Below are positions 39,148-50,075 of a stretch of DNA of 64,000 nucleotides, piece by piece. Source of the DNA: Alphaproteobacteria bacterium (GTDB taxonomy: Bacteria; Pseudomonadota; Alphaproteobacteria; SP197); the NCBI GenBank assembly GCA_965228895.1, contig OZ245842.1, positions 2,752,001 through 2,816,000 of the forward strand, in the 5' to 3' direction. A program made the position numbers and the translations under genes. The notes beneath the pieces were generated by a model, which saw nothing but the letters and a program-made list of their open reading frames with translations, made no database searches and was not told the DNA's origin. How positions within the stretch are numbered: the stretch's first letter is position 1; each line of letters opens with the position of its first letter.

Positions 39148-39663
39148 CTATTCCACCGGCGGCACGGCTTCGGTCGTGATGATGTAGACGGTGATCGCGG
39201 CTTGCGTATCCAAAAAGTACATATCCGACTCAACGACACTGTGAGATGCCTTCAAGACATCCAGCGAAGCCGGTCCGCGCAGGATGGTGCGCCGCGATGT
39301 ATGGTCGGCCACCTCGGCAAGCTCACAGGCCTGGTCCTCGATCGCGCCGATCAACGCTTGCCATGCCGGCGTGGGATACAGCAGTTCCTGATAGATGATC
39401 TGACGCTCGGCGTCGTCGGACGCGGCAACCAGCATGTCGAGTATATCCAGGAGCGCCATGTTGACCCCTTCCGACAAGGTGACCGCGAGATCGAGACCAC
39501 GGCAGACGATCAACTTCTCGTCACCTTCTCGCTGTTCGCCATGCGTGTAGGCGCCCAGGCTCTCCGCCTGCGCGACGTTAAACGGCATCAGGGCAAGCAC
39601 GGCGACACCCAGCGCCATGGCGCATTGCCTCGCGCATGCGCGCAACGCAGAGTATGGCGTCAT
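39148..39663 (-). CDS. Hypothetical secreted protein
   Basis: Signal-peptide-like MALGVAVLALMPFNVAQA; ATGA overlap with the upstream ORF; no family recognised. Confidence 0.6.
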   Translation of the reverse strand: MTPYSALRACARQCAMALGVAVLALMPFNVAQAESLGAYTHGEQREGDEKLIVCRGLDLAVTLSEGVNMALLDILDMLVAASDDAERQIIYQELLYPTPAWQALIGAIEDQACELAEVADHTSRRTILRGPASLDVLKASHSVVESDMYFLDTQAAITVYIITTEAVPPVE

Positions 39664-40112
39664 CTGGACTTCGGCGGCAGATTTCCAAGAAGGCGGCGAT
39701 CATGACGCCACCAGCGGCGCGGATACCGCGCGACCCGGACGTTGCGGTTTCTATCGACCAGAACATCGACGTTCCTGCAACCGCTAGCCCTCTCGCCGAA
39801 CGCGGCCCAGGCGAAGAAACACAGAGCCTTGGACTCGAACGCCTGGTCGCCGCCAAGCGCGATCTTCTCCGCAAGCTTCTCCATCATCGGGGCCCAACAG
39901 GAGTCGCGGATCTCTTGATCGGTCATCTGCATACCCTTCTCAAGGGACATTGACCGAAACGAGGCAACGACCTCATTGGCCGCAGCGGTGAGCGTCCGCG
40001 CATCGACATGGCAGGACGTTACGATGACGGTGCCGGACGGTCCGGCCTCACGCAGCGTAATGAACACCGCGGTGCTCTCGTCGGAAACCGGGGCTGGTGG
40101 CGCATCACCCAT
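39660..40112 (-). CDS. Hypothetical protein
   Basis: Open frame coupled to the next ORF; start uncertain (ATG 40112 chosen); no family recognised. Confidence 0.45.
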   Translation of the reverse strand: MGDAPPAPVSDESTAVFITLREAGPSGTVIVTSCHVDARTLTAAANEVVASFRSMSLEKGMQMTDQEIRDSCWAPMMEKLAEKIALGGDQAFESKALCFFAWAAFGERASGCRNVDVLVDRNRNVRVARYPRRWWRHDRRLLGNLPPKSR

Positions 40113-40287
40113 ACCTGGGACGTGGCGGCTCAACGCGCGCTCAATACGTGACGGTGGATACACATGGTCGAAAGCCCTGGCATGGTTGACCTTTTCAGCA
40201 ATGGCGAATCGCGGTGATAGGTGACGAACCCTAGTTAAGTACGCTATCAAAGGTTCGTCGAGGCCCCACCCGCAGCTTGAGGCCATT

Positions 40288-42438
40288 ATGTCCCTTCGCC
40301 ACGTCGAAACTCGTCCGACACCCGCCAATTGCCGTGCCGATAGCCAGCTTCAGATCTGGGAAGCCGCCGGCAAGCGGTTTTTCGTTCTGACCCAAAAAGG
40401 CCGGTTTGCCGATATCTGCTACGACCACGGCCGCCTGCTGGCCAAGGAAATCGAGGACGGCGTGTTTCCGGAGATCCTGGCGACCATCGCCCACGATGTC
40501 GATGCCAGCCGCGACTTGGAAACGGGCACGATGGACAGTGTTCAGGGCGCGTTCTTCAACCGGCTCAGCAGCGACGTCTTGGAATCGTCCAGCAAGGAGT
40601 TTCGCGACGGCGTCGCCGCGCTGGCGGAAGGCTGTCTCGCCGAACTCTCCAACCCACTGTTCAACGCGGCGGCCGTTGAGCATGCCTGTGTCGCCATCGA
40701 TACAGGCAATGTCGCGACCGGTTTCAACCACTTGGTAGCCAATATGCCTGGCGCAAAGCGCACCGGACATTGGCTGCAGTACGCGGTGCTGGCCAACATC
40801 TTCGAGAAATCCGGCCGAAGCTACGACGAGATCGATGACGACGAGGATGAGGTCAAGGACAACACCGCCGCGCTTCGCAACCGCATGCGTAACACGCGTG
40901 GGCGACGCCGCGCTGGCATGGGTTGTACGGGATTGTGGTCAGGTCCCGACTCAACCGCGGACGGACGTGGCCTGCATGCCAGGAATTTCGACTGCGCCTT
41001 TTTTGCCTGGAACCGATACCCGGTTCTCCATCTGATTGACGAGACACCGGAAAACGGGTCGTGGCAGCGCTATACGGCCGTCGGCACTGCCGGGCTCGTG
41101 TATCCGGGCGGCATCAGTGGCGTCAACGAGGCCGGTATTGCTGTCTCTCTGCATCAGATGTCGACGGTGAATTTCACGGCCGGCGACAGCAGCGGCGACT
41201 TCGATGTCGCGCCCTATGTCCAGCAACGCATGCTGCGGGAAGCCAAAACGCTGGATGACGCCGTCGATATCGCGCGGTCGCGCAACCATTTCGCCTCGTG
41301 GACCATCCTGGTGAGCCATGCACCGTCAGGCAAGGCGTTGCGTATCGAGATGAACGGCGCCCGCGATGACGACAGCGGCGACCACATCAATCGGGTCGAA
41401 GCCAGCCCAGCGGCAGAACGTATGGTGCAGTCCAACCACTTTCTGTCCGAAGCCTTGAAGGAGCGTCACAATCTGCTCAACGATGCCCACTTTACCAAGA
41501 CCGTCGGCAAATGGATGGAAACCCGCGCCCGTCTCGCCACTGCCGAGGAACACCTGTCTGATGCCGCCGATGCCGGCGGGATCACAACACAATGGGCGCT
41601 CAACACGCTGGCCAATCACAACGATGATTCGCTCGACGGCGACCGGCGAAGCTTCGGGCGAACGATCTGCAAGTCCTACAGCCTGATGAGCAGCATTGCG
41701 CAGGCAGGCGCCGACCGTGCCAATCCGGACGACGAAATCTGGTTTACGCTCGGCGATCGCCTTCCCGGACCCCACTCGACTCTGGTCGGCTTTGCCATCG
41801 ATTGGGACGCTTTCTCGTTTGCGCCTGCCGGCACGCACGTGGCGGATTCTGCGCCACCGGCGGTCTTGTCCGCCATGGGTGACTACATCGACGCCTTCTC
41901 GTCCCATGATCGACCGCAGCGGCCCGACGGTGACTATGTCCGGCGCAGGCCGACCGAGACGGAGATGCAGGGCATTCGCCGCTTGTCGATTGCCGACTTG
42001 GACCGTGCGATTGAGACGCTCGAAGACGCCGGGGTCGTTGACCCGGTCTATCGCTACATTCGCGCCCGTCTGTGCCACGATACCGCGATGGCGGTGCCTG
42101 AGGACGTGCAGGCCGAGTTCCTGGAAAAAGCCGCCCGCGATTGGGCTTGGCTGCGTGAGCGTGCCGACAGCGACACCGTTGCGATGACCGATTGGGAACG
42201 CGCCTTGATCTACATCCTATCGGCCGCAACGAAGGCCGCGCTCAATCCCCTGGACCCAACCGCGCACGAGGAACTTCTGGAGAACGGTCACACCCTGCTC
42301 GAAGGTGTCGCGCACAGTCTGTTCGGCGATGGCGCGGTGCATCATGACATCAAGAACTGGCGCAAGGTCATCACCGCCATCGATGCCGACAGAGGCTTTG
42401 CAGACTTGCCGGGAATCGACTGGGTTACCGTCGAGTAA
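40288..42438 (+). CDS. C45/AAT-type N-terminal-nucleophile cysteine hydrolase/acyltransferase with extra C-terminal helical domain
   Basis: Autocleavage motif G-CTG (Cys213), LHARNFD, GVNEAGIAV, QSNHF. Confidence 0.75.
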   Translation: MSLRHVETRPTPANCRADSQLQIWEAAGKRFFVLTQKGRFADICYDHGRLLAKEIEDGVFPEILATIAHDVDASRDLETGTMDSVQGAFFNRLSSDVLESSSKEFRDGVAALAEGCLAELSNPLFNAAAVEHACVAIDTGNVATGFNHLVANMPGAKRTGHWLQYAVLANIFEKSGRSYDEIDDDEDEVKDNTAALRNRMRNTRGRRRAGMGCTGLWSGPDSTADGRGLHARNFDCAFFAWNRYPVLHLIDETPENGSWQRYTAVGTAGLVYPGGISGVNEAGIAVSLHQMSTVNFTAGDSSGDFDVAPYVQQRMLREAKTLDDAVDIARSRNHFASWTILVSHAPSGKALRIEMNGARDDDSGDHINRVEASPAAERMVQSNHFLSEALKERHNLLNDAHFTKTVGKWMETRARLATAEEHLSDAADAGGITTQWALNTLANHNDDSLDGDRRSFGRTICKSYSLMSSIAQAGADRANPDDEIWFTLGDRLPGPHSTLVGFAIDWDAFSFAPAGTHVADSAPPAVLSAMGDYIDAFSSHDRPQRPDGDYVRRRPTETEMQGIRRLSIADLDRAIETLEDAGVVDPVYRYIRARLCHDTAMAVPEDVQAEFLEKAARDWAWLRERADSDTVAMTDWERALIYILSAATKAALNPLDPTAHEELLENGHTLLEGVAHSLFGDGAVHHDIKNWRKVITAIDADRGFADLPGIDWVTVE

Positions 42439-42685
42439 GCACCCCATGACAGGCCATAACGACGGGCCAGCCGTCGGCCTTGGTTGTCGCGTTCAAGGAG
42501 CCAGAACTTCGGCCCTTAGGCCACCAAGGGCTGATCATACGGTGACACGACTATGGCCAGTGAGCCGGTGATCACGACACGCCAACCTGCAGCACTCTAC
42601 TTCCTGTGCGTCTCATAAATTGGTGACCGCGCCGCCTGACGCCGCTCTGAGACATGCCGGACCGGCGCGCTCACGCGCGTCGCCA

Positions 42686-43732
42686 TTACGCGTCCACGAA
42701 GCGCCATGAGAGCGTTTCGCCGGCTTGGAATGGCACGAGGCGGAGGTCACCGCTTCCCACGACATCAGGCACATCGTGGGGCTCCCGGCGCAATGTCACC
42801 GTCTCCTCGTTCAACGGCAGCCCGTAGAATGTCGGACCAAACTCCGAAGCGAAGGCTTCCAGCCGATCAAGCGCGCCTTCCTCATCAAAGGTCTGGGCAT
42901 AGCTTTCCAGCGCGAAGGGCGCGCTGAAAATGCCGGCGCAGCCGCAGTCGGATTCTTTCTCTTGCTTTGGGTGAGGCGCGGAATCGGTGCCCAGGAAGAA
43001 TTTCGGGTTACCCGACACCGCGGCCTTGCGCAGCGCCTGGCGATGCCGGCGGCGCTTGGCGACCGGTAGGCAATAAGCGTGAGGCCTGATCCCGCCGTCG
43101 AACATGGCGTTGCGATCGATGCGCAGATGATGCGCGGTGATGGTGGCGGCAAGGTTCGGCCCCGCCGCCTCGACGAAGGCGACCGAGTCTTCGGTCGTGA
43201 TGTGCTCCAGGACCACCTTGAGCGCCGGGAAGTCGGCGAGCACCGGCGCCAGCACCTTTTCCAGAAACACCGCCTCGCGATCGAAGATATCGATGTCGGG
43301 CGAGACGACCTCGCCATGGATCAGAAGCGGCATGCCGATCGCTTCCATGCGCTCCAGTACCGCGTGGATATGACGTACATCCGTCACGCCCGATGCGGAA
43401 TTGGTCGTGGCGCCGGCCGGGTAGAGCTTGCAGGCAGTAAAGACGCCGTTCTGAAACCCCGTCTCAATCTCGTCCGGGTCGATCTCATCGGTGAGGTAGG
43501 CGGTCATCAACGGCGTGAAGTCGCGCCCTGCCGGTAGTGCAGCCAGGACGCGATCGCGGTAGGCGGTCGCGGCGGCGACCGTCGTGACCGGCGGCACCAG
43601 GTTGGGCATGACAATGGCCCGCGCGAACTGACGCGCGGTCAGGTCGGCGGCAAAGGTCAGCATGGCCCCGTCGCGCAGATGCACATGCCAGTCGTCCGGT
43701 CGGCGCAGGGTGAGCGTGTCACCCCCCGTCAT
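42686..43732 (-). CDS. pyrC: Dihydroorotase (homodimeric type)
   Basis: [38 protein letters not shown]. Confidence 0.96.
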   Translation of the reverse strand: MTGGDTLTLRRPDDWHVHLRDGAMLTFAADLTARQFARAIVMPNLVPPVTTVAAATAYRDRVLAALPAGRDFTPLMTAYLTDEIDPDEIETGFQNGVFTACKLYPAGATTNSASGVTDVRHIHAVLERMEAIGMPLLIHGEVVSPDIDIFDREAVFLEKVLAPVLADFPALKVVLEHITTEDSVAFVEAAGPNLAATITAHHLRIDRNAMFDGGIRPHAYCLPVAKRRRHRQALRKAAVSGNPKFFLGTDSAPHPKQEKESDCGCAGIFSAPFALESYAQTFDEEGALDRLEAFASEFGPTFYGLPLNEETVTLRREPHDVPDVVGSGDLRLVPFQAGETLSWRFVDA

Positions 43733-43929
43733 CGGGCCTGCCTCGTATCCTTAAGACCGCCTGTCACATCCACACCCCAGCCCAATCGACCCGTCGGGTT
43801 CAACGGGCTAAAAAAGCCCGTGAACGACACCCTGCTTACACAAGCAGACCGGCTCTGCCTATGGTTTGTGGTGGAAATCGGACAGATTGGCGTCGACAGC
43901 GGCTTAGCGACGGGTCGATCGCCGTCAGG

Positions 43930-44448
43930 CTAGTCGGCGCTGCTCCGCGTCACGTGTTGACGGAACACCGCTTCCAGATTCTCGCTGGTGTTGTCGCCGA
44001 CCAGCACGTCGCGCCGGTTGCCCTCGGCATCGAACAGCAGCAGGGTGACATGATTGACGTTGTGGACGGCGGCAAGCTGGCGGCCGTCCTGGCGGGTGAT
44101 ATCGGCGATCAGGTACTGCAGCTCGCCCGCGTCGAACGCCGCCATCGCATCGCGCGTTTCGCTTTGCAGCGCCACACATCGCGGGCATTGGGGATCATGA
44201 ATTTGAACGACCGAGGGTATACCGTTGCCGATTTGGGAGAGGTCGTGCTCCCTGATCGTCGCGCGAACATCCTGGATCAGATACCAGCCACCGCCGCCCG
44301 CGACCGCAGCCAGCAAACCGCCATTGCGAATTTTCCGCAAGACATCACGCCTGCTGGTTTTCGCCGGCGTCTCCTCGGTGCTGGAATCAACGGCGACGTT
44401 GGTCTGCTTCTTGGCCGGGCGTTTGGCTTTGCGTTTCTGCTTCTTCAT
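43930..44448 (-). CDS. Exported/anchored thioredoxin-fold protein
   Basis: SRRDVL TAT-like motif plus hydrophobic segment; VVQIHDPQCPRC contains CxxC. Confidence 0.6.
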   Translation of the reverse strand: MKKQKRKAKRPAKKQTNVAVDSSTEETPAKTSRRDVLRKIRNGGLLAAVAGGGGWYLIQDVRATIREHDLSQIGNGIPSVVQIHDPQCPRCVALQSETRDAMAAFDAGELQYLIADITRQDGRQLAAVHNVNHVTLLLFDAEGNRRDVLVGDNTSENLEAVFRQHVTRSSAD

Positions 44449-44620
44449 CGCGTGCGGCTACCCCGTTCGAAATGTCGACGCATAGCCGATCGCCACCTCA
44501 CCAAAGCTGGCGGCGGAACAACAGCCACGCGTAACGGCGAATAGTGAAGGACGCTACGGGAGCTGAGAAGTTGCCTTCACGCACACGTGTGCGTGGTTTA
44601 TCGCTCAGATTGGGCGCCTC

Positions 44621-46183
44621 TCACTCCCACTCGATCGTACCCGGCGGTTTCGACGTGATGTCATAGGTCACCCGGTTGATGCCGCGTACCTCGTTGACGA
44701 TACGGTTGGCGACGCGGCCCAAAAATTCATGATCGAAGGGGTAGTAGTCGGCGGTCATGCCGTCGGTCGAGGTGACGGCGCGTAGCGCGCAGACGAATTC
44801 ATAGGTGCGGTCGTCGCCCATGACGCCGACGGTGCGCACCGGCAAGAGCACGGCGAAGGCCTGCCAGATGGCGTCGTAGAGGCCAGCGTTGCGCATCTCC
44901 TCGATATAGATCGCGTCGGCCTTCCTCAGGATCTCCAGCTTGTCGCGGCTGATCGCGCCGGGAATGCGGATGGCCAGCCCCGGACCCGGAAACGGGTGGC
45001 GGCCGACCAGGGTCTCCGGCAGGCCGAGCTCGCGGCCCAAGTCGCGCACCTCGTCCTTGAAGAGTTCACGCAACGGCTCGACCAGCTTCATGTTCATGCG
45101 CTCGGGCAGGCCGCCGACATTGTGGTGCGACTTGATGGTGATCGACGGGCCGCCGTGGAACGACACGGACTCGATGACATCGGGATAGAGCGTGCCCTGC
45201 CCCAGAAACTCCACGCCGCCGATCTTTTTGGCCTCTTCCTCGAAGACTTCGATGAACGTCGCGCCGATGATCTTGCGTTTCTGTTCGGGATCGTCGACGC
45301 CGTCGAGCTTGCCCAGGAAGAGGTCGCTGGCGTCGCGCGCGATGAGCGGGATGTTGTAGTGGCCGCGGAAGACGCTCTCGACCTCGTCCGCCTCACCGGC
45401 GCGCAGCAGGCCATGATCGACGAAGACGCAGGTCAACTGATCGCCGATCGCCTCATGCACCAGGACCGCGGCGACGGAGCTGTCGACGCCGCCGGAAAGA
45501 CCCATGATCACCTTGCCGGCGCCGACCTGGTCGCGAATTGTCTCGACCGCCTGCTGACGGAACGCGGCCATCGACCAGTCGCCGGCGCAGCCGGCGATAT
45601 CGCGCACGAAGTTCGCCAGCAGTTTTGCGCCATCCGGCGTGTGGGCGACCTCCGGGTGAAACTGGACCGCATAGAGACGGCGGGCTTCGTCGGCGATGGC
45701 GGCAAACGGCGCGCCGTCGGATATGGCGACAACGGAAAATCCGTCCGGCAGTTTGGTGACGCGGTCGCCGTGGGACATCCAGACCTGTTCGCGATCGCCG
45801 ACCTGCCAGACGCCCTTGAAGAGCGCGCAGTCGGCGGTGACCTCGACAAAAGCGCGGCCGAACTCCCGATGGTCGGAGGTCTGGACCTCGCCGCCCAGTT
45901 CCGCGCACATGGTCTGCTCGCCATAACAGATGCCGAATACCGGGACACCCAGATCGAACACGACATGGGGCACGGCCGGCGCCTCGTCCCACATGACCGA
46001 GGACGGACCGCCGGACAGGATGATGCCCTTGGCGCCGAAATCGCGGATACGCGCGTCGTCGACCGTGCACGGCAGGATCTCGCAGTAAACGCCGGCTTCG
46101 CGCACGCGGCGCGCAATGAGCTGGGTGACCTGCGAGCCGAAGTCGAGGATCAGGATCTGTTCGTCATGTCGCGTCTCAGTCAC
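44621..46183 (-). CDS. guaA: GMP synthase
   Basis: [41 protein letters not shown]. Confidence 0.98.
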   Translation of the reverse strand: MTETRHDEQILILDFGSQVTQLIARRVREAGVYCEILPCTVDDARIRDFGAKGIILSGGPSSVMWDEAPAVPHVVFDLGVPVFGICYGEQTMCAELGGEVQTSDHREFGRAFVEVTADCALFKGVWQVGDREQVWMSHGDRVTKLPDGFSVVAISDGAPFAAIADEARRLYAVQFHPEVAHTPDGAKLLANFVRDIAGCAGDWSMAAFRQQAVETIRDQVGAGKVIMGLSGGVDSSVAAVLVHEAIGDQLTCVFVDHGLLRAGEADEVESVFRGHYNIPLIARDASDLFLGKLDGVDDPEQKRKIIGATFIEVFEEEAKKIGGVEFLGQGTLYPDVIESVSFHGGPSITIKSHHNVGGLPERMNMKLVEPLRELFKDEVRDLGRELGLPETLVGRHPFPGPGLAIRIPGAISRDKLEILRKADAIYIEEMRNAGLYDAIWQAFAVLLPVRTVGVMGDDRTYEFVCALRAVTSTDGMTADYYPFDHEFLGRVANRIVNEVRGINRVTYDITSKPPGTIEWE

Positions 46184-46184
46184 G

Positions 46185-46601
46185 TTACCCCTTTCTGATG
46201 CCTTTCAATTCAATCGTGTTGCCGTCGGGATCCTGGATGTAGATCGACGGACCCATGCCGTGGGCGCCGTAGCGGTCGCCGCTTTCGCTCACATCGATGC
46301 CGTGCTTGGCCAGATGTTCGCGCAGCGCGGCTTCGTCGAAGGGTTCGACGGAGACGCAGATATGGTCGACATTGCGACCTTCTTTGCCAGGGCCTACACC
46401 TCCGGCCTTGCCGAGCTTGCCGTCGAGGGTCACGAGATCGATCAAGGCTCGACCCACGCGCATATGGTAGAGGCCGAAGGCCTCGTTCTCGCGCTCGACC
46501 GGGCAGCCGAGGACATCGCGGTAGAAAGCGATCGACCGCTCGATGTCGCGGACCCTGAAAACGACGTGGTCCATCTCAAGAATGTCAAACGGCGCGGACA
46601 T
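46185..46601 (-). CDS. VOC/glyoxalase family protein
   Basis: [36 protein letters not shown]. Confidence 0.9.
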   Translation of the reverse strand: MSAPFDILEMDHVVFRVRDIERSIAFYRDVLGCPVERENEAFGLYHMRVGRALIDLVTLDGKLGKAGGVGPGKEGRNVDHICVSVEPFDEAALREHLAKHGIDVSESGDRYGAHGMGPSIYIQDPDGNTIELKGIRKG

Positions 46602-46616
46602 AATCTTGTTTCTCCA

Positions 46617-47156
46617 TCATCTGTTGCGTTCGTTGAGTCGCCAGCCATAGGCGAGTTCATCAAGCATGACGCCGGCAAACCGCTCGCGACGGCGTGCGAT
46701 CAGCCGGCCGCCCATGGCTTCATAGAAGAAACGTGTGGGGTTGGCTTCCAGCACCCACAAGATGACGTTGAGCAGCCGGTTCCGCCGCAACAGGTCGAAA
46801 AGGCCCTCCAGCAGCCGGCGGCCCAAACCCTGACCGTGCCAGTCCGGCAGCAGGTAGAGCGTATAGATTTCGCCATTCCAATCGCTATCGGCGGGCAACC
46901 CGTCGGCGCGCGCCGTGCCCGCATTGCCGAAGCCAATCACACCGGCGTCCACGTCCTCGGCCACCAGGGTCATGCCCTGATCGCGGCGCGACAGGATACC
47001 GCTCCAGAACCGGGCACGATCCGGGATCGACAGACCGGTCAGATAGGCATCGGGCAAGACGCCCGCATAGGTGCTGCGCCATGTCTCGACATGAATGAAA
47101 GCGATGGCCTTGGCGTCGGCGGGGCCGGCTGGCCTGATGGTCGCCGCCCCGATCAG
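46617..47156 (-). CDS. GNAT family N-acetyltransferase
   Basis: [50 protein letters not shown]. The N-terminus extends beyond the ORF-track start to CTG 47156. Confidence 0.87.
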   Translation of the reverse strand: MIGAATIRPAGPADAKAIAFIHVETWRSTYAGVLPDAYLTGLSIPDRARFWSGILSRRDQGMTLVAEDVDAGVIGFGNAGTARADGLPADSDWNGEIYTLYLLPDWHGQGLGRRLLEGLFDLLRRNRLLNVILWVLEANPTRFFYEAMGGRLIARRRERFAGVMLDELAYGWRLNERNR

Positions 47157-48622
47157 GTTTCAGACTGATAGTTGGGGGCGTCGCGCTGGATCGTGACGCC
47201 GTGAATGTGCGATTCGCGCAGGCCCGAGTTGGTGATGCGCACGAACTGGCAGCCCTGGCGCATGTCGTCGAGCGTGCCGTTGCCGGTGTAACCCATCGAC
47301 GAGCGGAGCCCACCGACCAGTTGGTGGACAACGTAGTGAGCCGGACCTTTGTAGGGCACACGTCCTTCGATGCCTTCGGGCACCATCTTGACGACGTCTT
47401 TGATGTCCTGCTGGAAGTAGCGGTCCGCCGAGCCGCGCGCCATGGCGCCCAGCGAACCCATGCCGCGATACTGCTTGTAGCTGCGACCGCCGAACAGAAA
47501 GACCTCGCCCGGGCTTTCGTCGGTGCCGGCAAGAAGCGAGCCGATCATCGCGCAATTGGCACCCGCGGCGATCGCCTTGGCGAGATCGCCGGAATACTTG
47601 ATGCCGCCATCGGCGACGACCGGCGTGTCGCTCTTCGCCGCCTCCTCGACCACGTCCATGATCGCGGTTAGCTGCGGCACACCGACGCCCGCCACCACGC
47701 GCGTGGTGCAGATCGAGCCCGGCCCGATGCCGACCTTGACCGCATCGGCGCCCTGGTCGATCAGCATCTTCGCGCCTTCCGCCGTCGCGATGTTGCCGGC
47801 CAGCACCTGGGTATAGTTCGAAAGCCCCTTGATGCGCGCGATGGCGTCCATCACACCCTGGCTATGGCCGTGCGCGGTATCGACCACAATCACATCGGCG
47901 CCGGCATCGATCAGCGCCTCGGCGCGCGCGAACCCGTCATCGCCGACGCCCGATGCAGCGCCGACCCTGAGCCGGCCCTGCTCGTCCTTGCACGAATTGG
48001 GATGCGACTGCGCCTTCTCGATATCCTTGACGGTGATCAGACCGATGCAGCGTCCGTCGTCGTCGACCACGAGAAGCTTCTCGATTCGGTGCTGGTGCAG
48101 CAGCCGCTTGGCCTCGTCATGGCTGGCGCCTTCCTTGACCGTGATCAAGTTGTCCCGGGTCATCAGGTCACGGACCGGCTGGGCGCGGTCGGTGGCGAAA
48201 CGCACGTCGCGGTGGGTCAGAATGCCGACCAGCTTGCCACCTAGCTTGCTTCCCTGGCCGTCGACCACGGGGATGCCGGAGATGCTATGCGTTTCCATCA
48301 GGTCGAGCGCGTCGGCCAGCGGCGCGTCCGGCCCGATGGTCACCGGGTTGACCACCATGCCCGACTCGAATTTCTTGACCCGGCGGACCTCGTTGGCCTG
48401 CTGCTCGGCGGTCAGGTTCTTGTGGATAATGCCGATGCCGCCGTTCTGCGCCATGGCGATCGCCATCGGCGCCTCGGTCACGGTGTCCATGGCCGCGGAG
48501 ATCAGCGGAATACCCAGTTCGACCGTCTTGGTCAGACGGGTCGCGGTTTGGACGGAATTGGGAAGAATCTGGGAGTAGGCAGGGACCAGCGAAACGTCAT
48601 CAAATGTCAGGGCTTCGCGCAT
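47153..48622 (-). CDS. guaB: IMP dehydrogenase
   Basis: [19 protein letters not shown] pair, [21 protein letters not shown]. Confidence 0.98.
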   Translation of the reverse strand: MREALTFDDVSLVPAYSQILPNSVQTATRLTKTVELGIPLISAAMDTVTEAPMAIAMAQNGGIGIIHKNLTAEQQANEVRRVKKFESGMVVNPVTIGPDAPLADALDLMETHSISGIPVVDGQGSKLGGKLVGILTHRDVRFATDRAQPVRDLMTRDNLITVKEGASHDEAKRLLHQHRIEKLLVVDDDGRCIGLITVKDIEKAQSHPNSCKDEQGRLRVGAASGVGDDGFARAEALIDAGADVIVVDTAHGHSQGVMDAIARIKGLSNYTQVLAGNIATAEGAKMLIDQGADAVKVGIGPGSICTTRVVAGVGVPQLTAIMDVVEEAAKSDTPVVADGGIKYSGDLAKAIAAGANCAMIGSLLAGTDESPGEVFLFGGRSYKQYRGMGSLGAMARGSADRYFQQDIKDVVKMVPEGIEGRVPYKGPAHYVVHQLVGGLRSSMGYTGNGTLDDMRQGCQFVRITNSGLRESHIHGVTIQRDAPNYQSET

Positions 48623-48750
48623 GTCCTCACCACCTCGTTGTTTTGAAGTGGCGCGATCAACTATCACGAAATGGCCGGGAGTCAAAGGCGGAACGAGTCA
48701 TGGCTGCCATGTGACCCTGCCGAACGCACCGCAGCATGCCTGATGCCAAG

Positions 48751-48784
48751 AAAAAGGGCGGGACACCGTAGCGCCCCGCCCTCT
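48751..48784 (-). terminator. Rho-independent terminator of the binding-protein gene
   Basis: On the minus strand, stem AGGGCGGGGCG...TGTCCCGCCCT followed by a T-run. Confidence 0.75.
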
Positions 48785-48809
48785 TGACCAATGAGCCAAT
48801 CAATGGCGG

Positions 48810-49955
48810 TCACATACCGGCCTTGACCTCTTCGTACATGGCCTGCAGTTCGGGCTCGTTCTGGATGGTCGCCTGGAAGATACCGCCGGCAATGTAGCCT
48901 TCGATATCGTCGGGCGGCAGACCCCGGTTGGACAGTTCTTCGGCCGAGAACCGCTCGTAGGACTTGATGTTCGAGTGGCCCATGCCGTAGGTGCTGATCC
49001 AGTACTCGCCGGTGTCCGGTGACAGGAACGCGTCGATCAGATCATAAGCGCGCTGCTCTTTTTCCGGTGGCACCGAGTTCATCAAGGTGATGCCGCAGGT
49101 CCAGGTCATTGGGCCTTCCTTCGGATTCATGAAGGCGACCGGAACGCCCTGCTCGCTGAGCTGAAGCGGAGTCGAGTTCCACGATGCCGCGGCAATCAGC
49201 TCACCGGAGGCTAGCGCCTGCTCCCAACTCGTCGTGTCGTTGGTATAGAAGCGCAACAGAGGTCGCTGCTCCTGCATGAGCTTTTGCGTCACTTCGACTT
49301 CTTCCGGCGTCATGTTGAAGGGATCGGCGGCGCCGGAATAGATCGCCGCGACCATGACTCCGTCGATCAGGCTGTCGATCATGGAGAGGCGTCCGGCGTA
49401 CTTGGGATCCCACAGGATGCCCCAGGTGTGAGTCTCAGGATCGACGTACTCGGGCGCAAGATCGGTGCGGAAGGTGACGGAAGTTAAACCCCACCATGCG
49501 CAAATCATTTTGCGCTCACCATCGATCTCCATGTCCGGCACGCCCTGGAGGACCGGAATGACATCGGGCCAGTGGTTCAAGCGATCCGCGTCGATGGTCT
49601 TCAAGAGGCCCATGTCGTTCCATTTCTGGACCTTGTAGGAGCACGGCATCGCGACATCGGGCGCGAACCCGGCACGCATCTTGGCTTCGGCCTCTTCTTC
49701 ATCGCCCCAGTTCGAGAAGTTCGGCGATTCGCCATACTTGTCGATGTATTCTTGGTGCATCTCCGGCGCCTCGTAACCGGACCACGTGAACAACAGGATG
49801 TCGTCAGCGCCGGCGGCGCGCACGGCGCGCGACGACAGCGGCGCCACGGTCATGGCAAGACCGACGGAAGCCAGGCCCTTCTTGAAATCGCGCCGACTCA
49901 GGCGGCCGAACTTCATCGCGTCGACAAAACGCTCGATATCGCGTTTTGACTCCAT
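48810..49955 (-). CDS. PotD/PotF-family ABC substrate-binding protein, TAT-exported
   Basis: LSRRDFKK TAT motif, FTWSGYE, LWDPKYAGR, PKEG. Confidence 0.85.
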   Translation of the reverse strand: MESKRDIERFVDAMKFGRLSRRDFKKGLASVGLAMTVAPLSSRAVRAAGADDILLFTWSGYEAPEMHQEYIDKYGESPNFSNWGDEEEAEAKMRAGFAPDVAMPCSYKVQKWNDMGLLKTIDADRLNHWPDVIPVLQGVPDMEIDGERKMICAWWGLTSVTFRTDLAPEYVDPETHTWGILWDPKYAGRLSMIDSLIDGVMVAAIYSGAADPFNMTPEEVEVTQKLMQEQRPLLRFYTNDTTSWEQALASGELIAAASWNSTPLQLSEQGVPVAFMNPKEGPMTWTCGITLMNSVPPEKEQRAYDLIDAFLSPDTGEYWISTYGMGHSNIKSYERFSAEELSNRGLPPDDIEGYIAGGIFQATIQNEPELQAMYEEVKAGM

Positions 49956-50075
49956 GATTGATCTCCCTTTTGCTTTGATTTGGTAGAGACGAAGGCACGG
50001 ACGGCCTTCCTCACACAAAACTATAGACCAATGGCGGCGCGTTACAACGCCATCCCAAAGCGCTTTAGTCGGGCT

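Noticed and set aside
48734-48749. Sigma54 promoter upstream of guaB (TGGCATCAGGCATGCT on the minus strand)
   Set aside because: The GG-N10-GC spacing is right, but the -12 element is imperfect, it abuts the terminator T-run, and guaB is not an expected sigma54 target.
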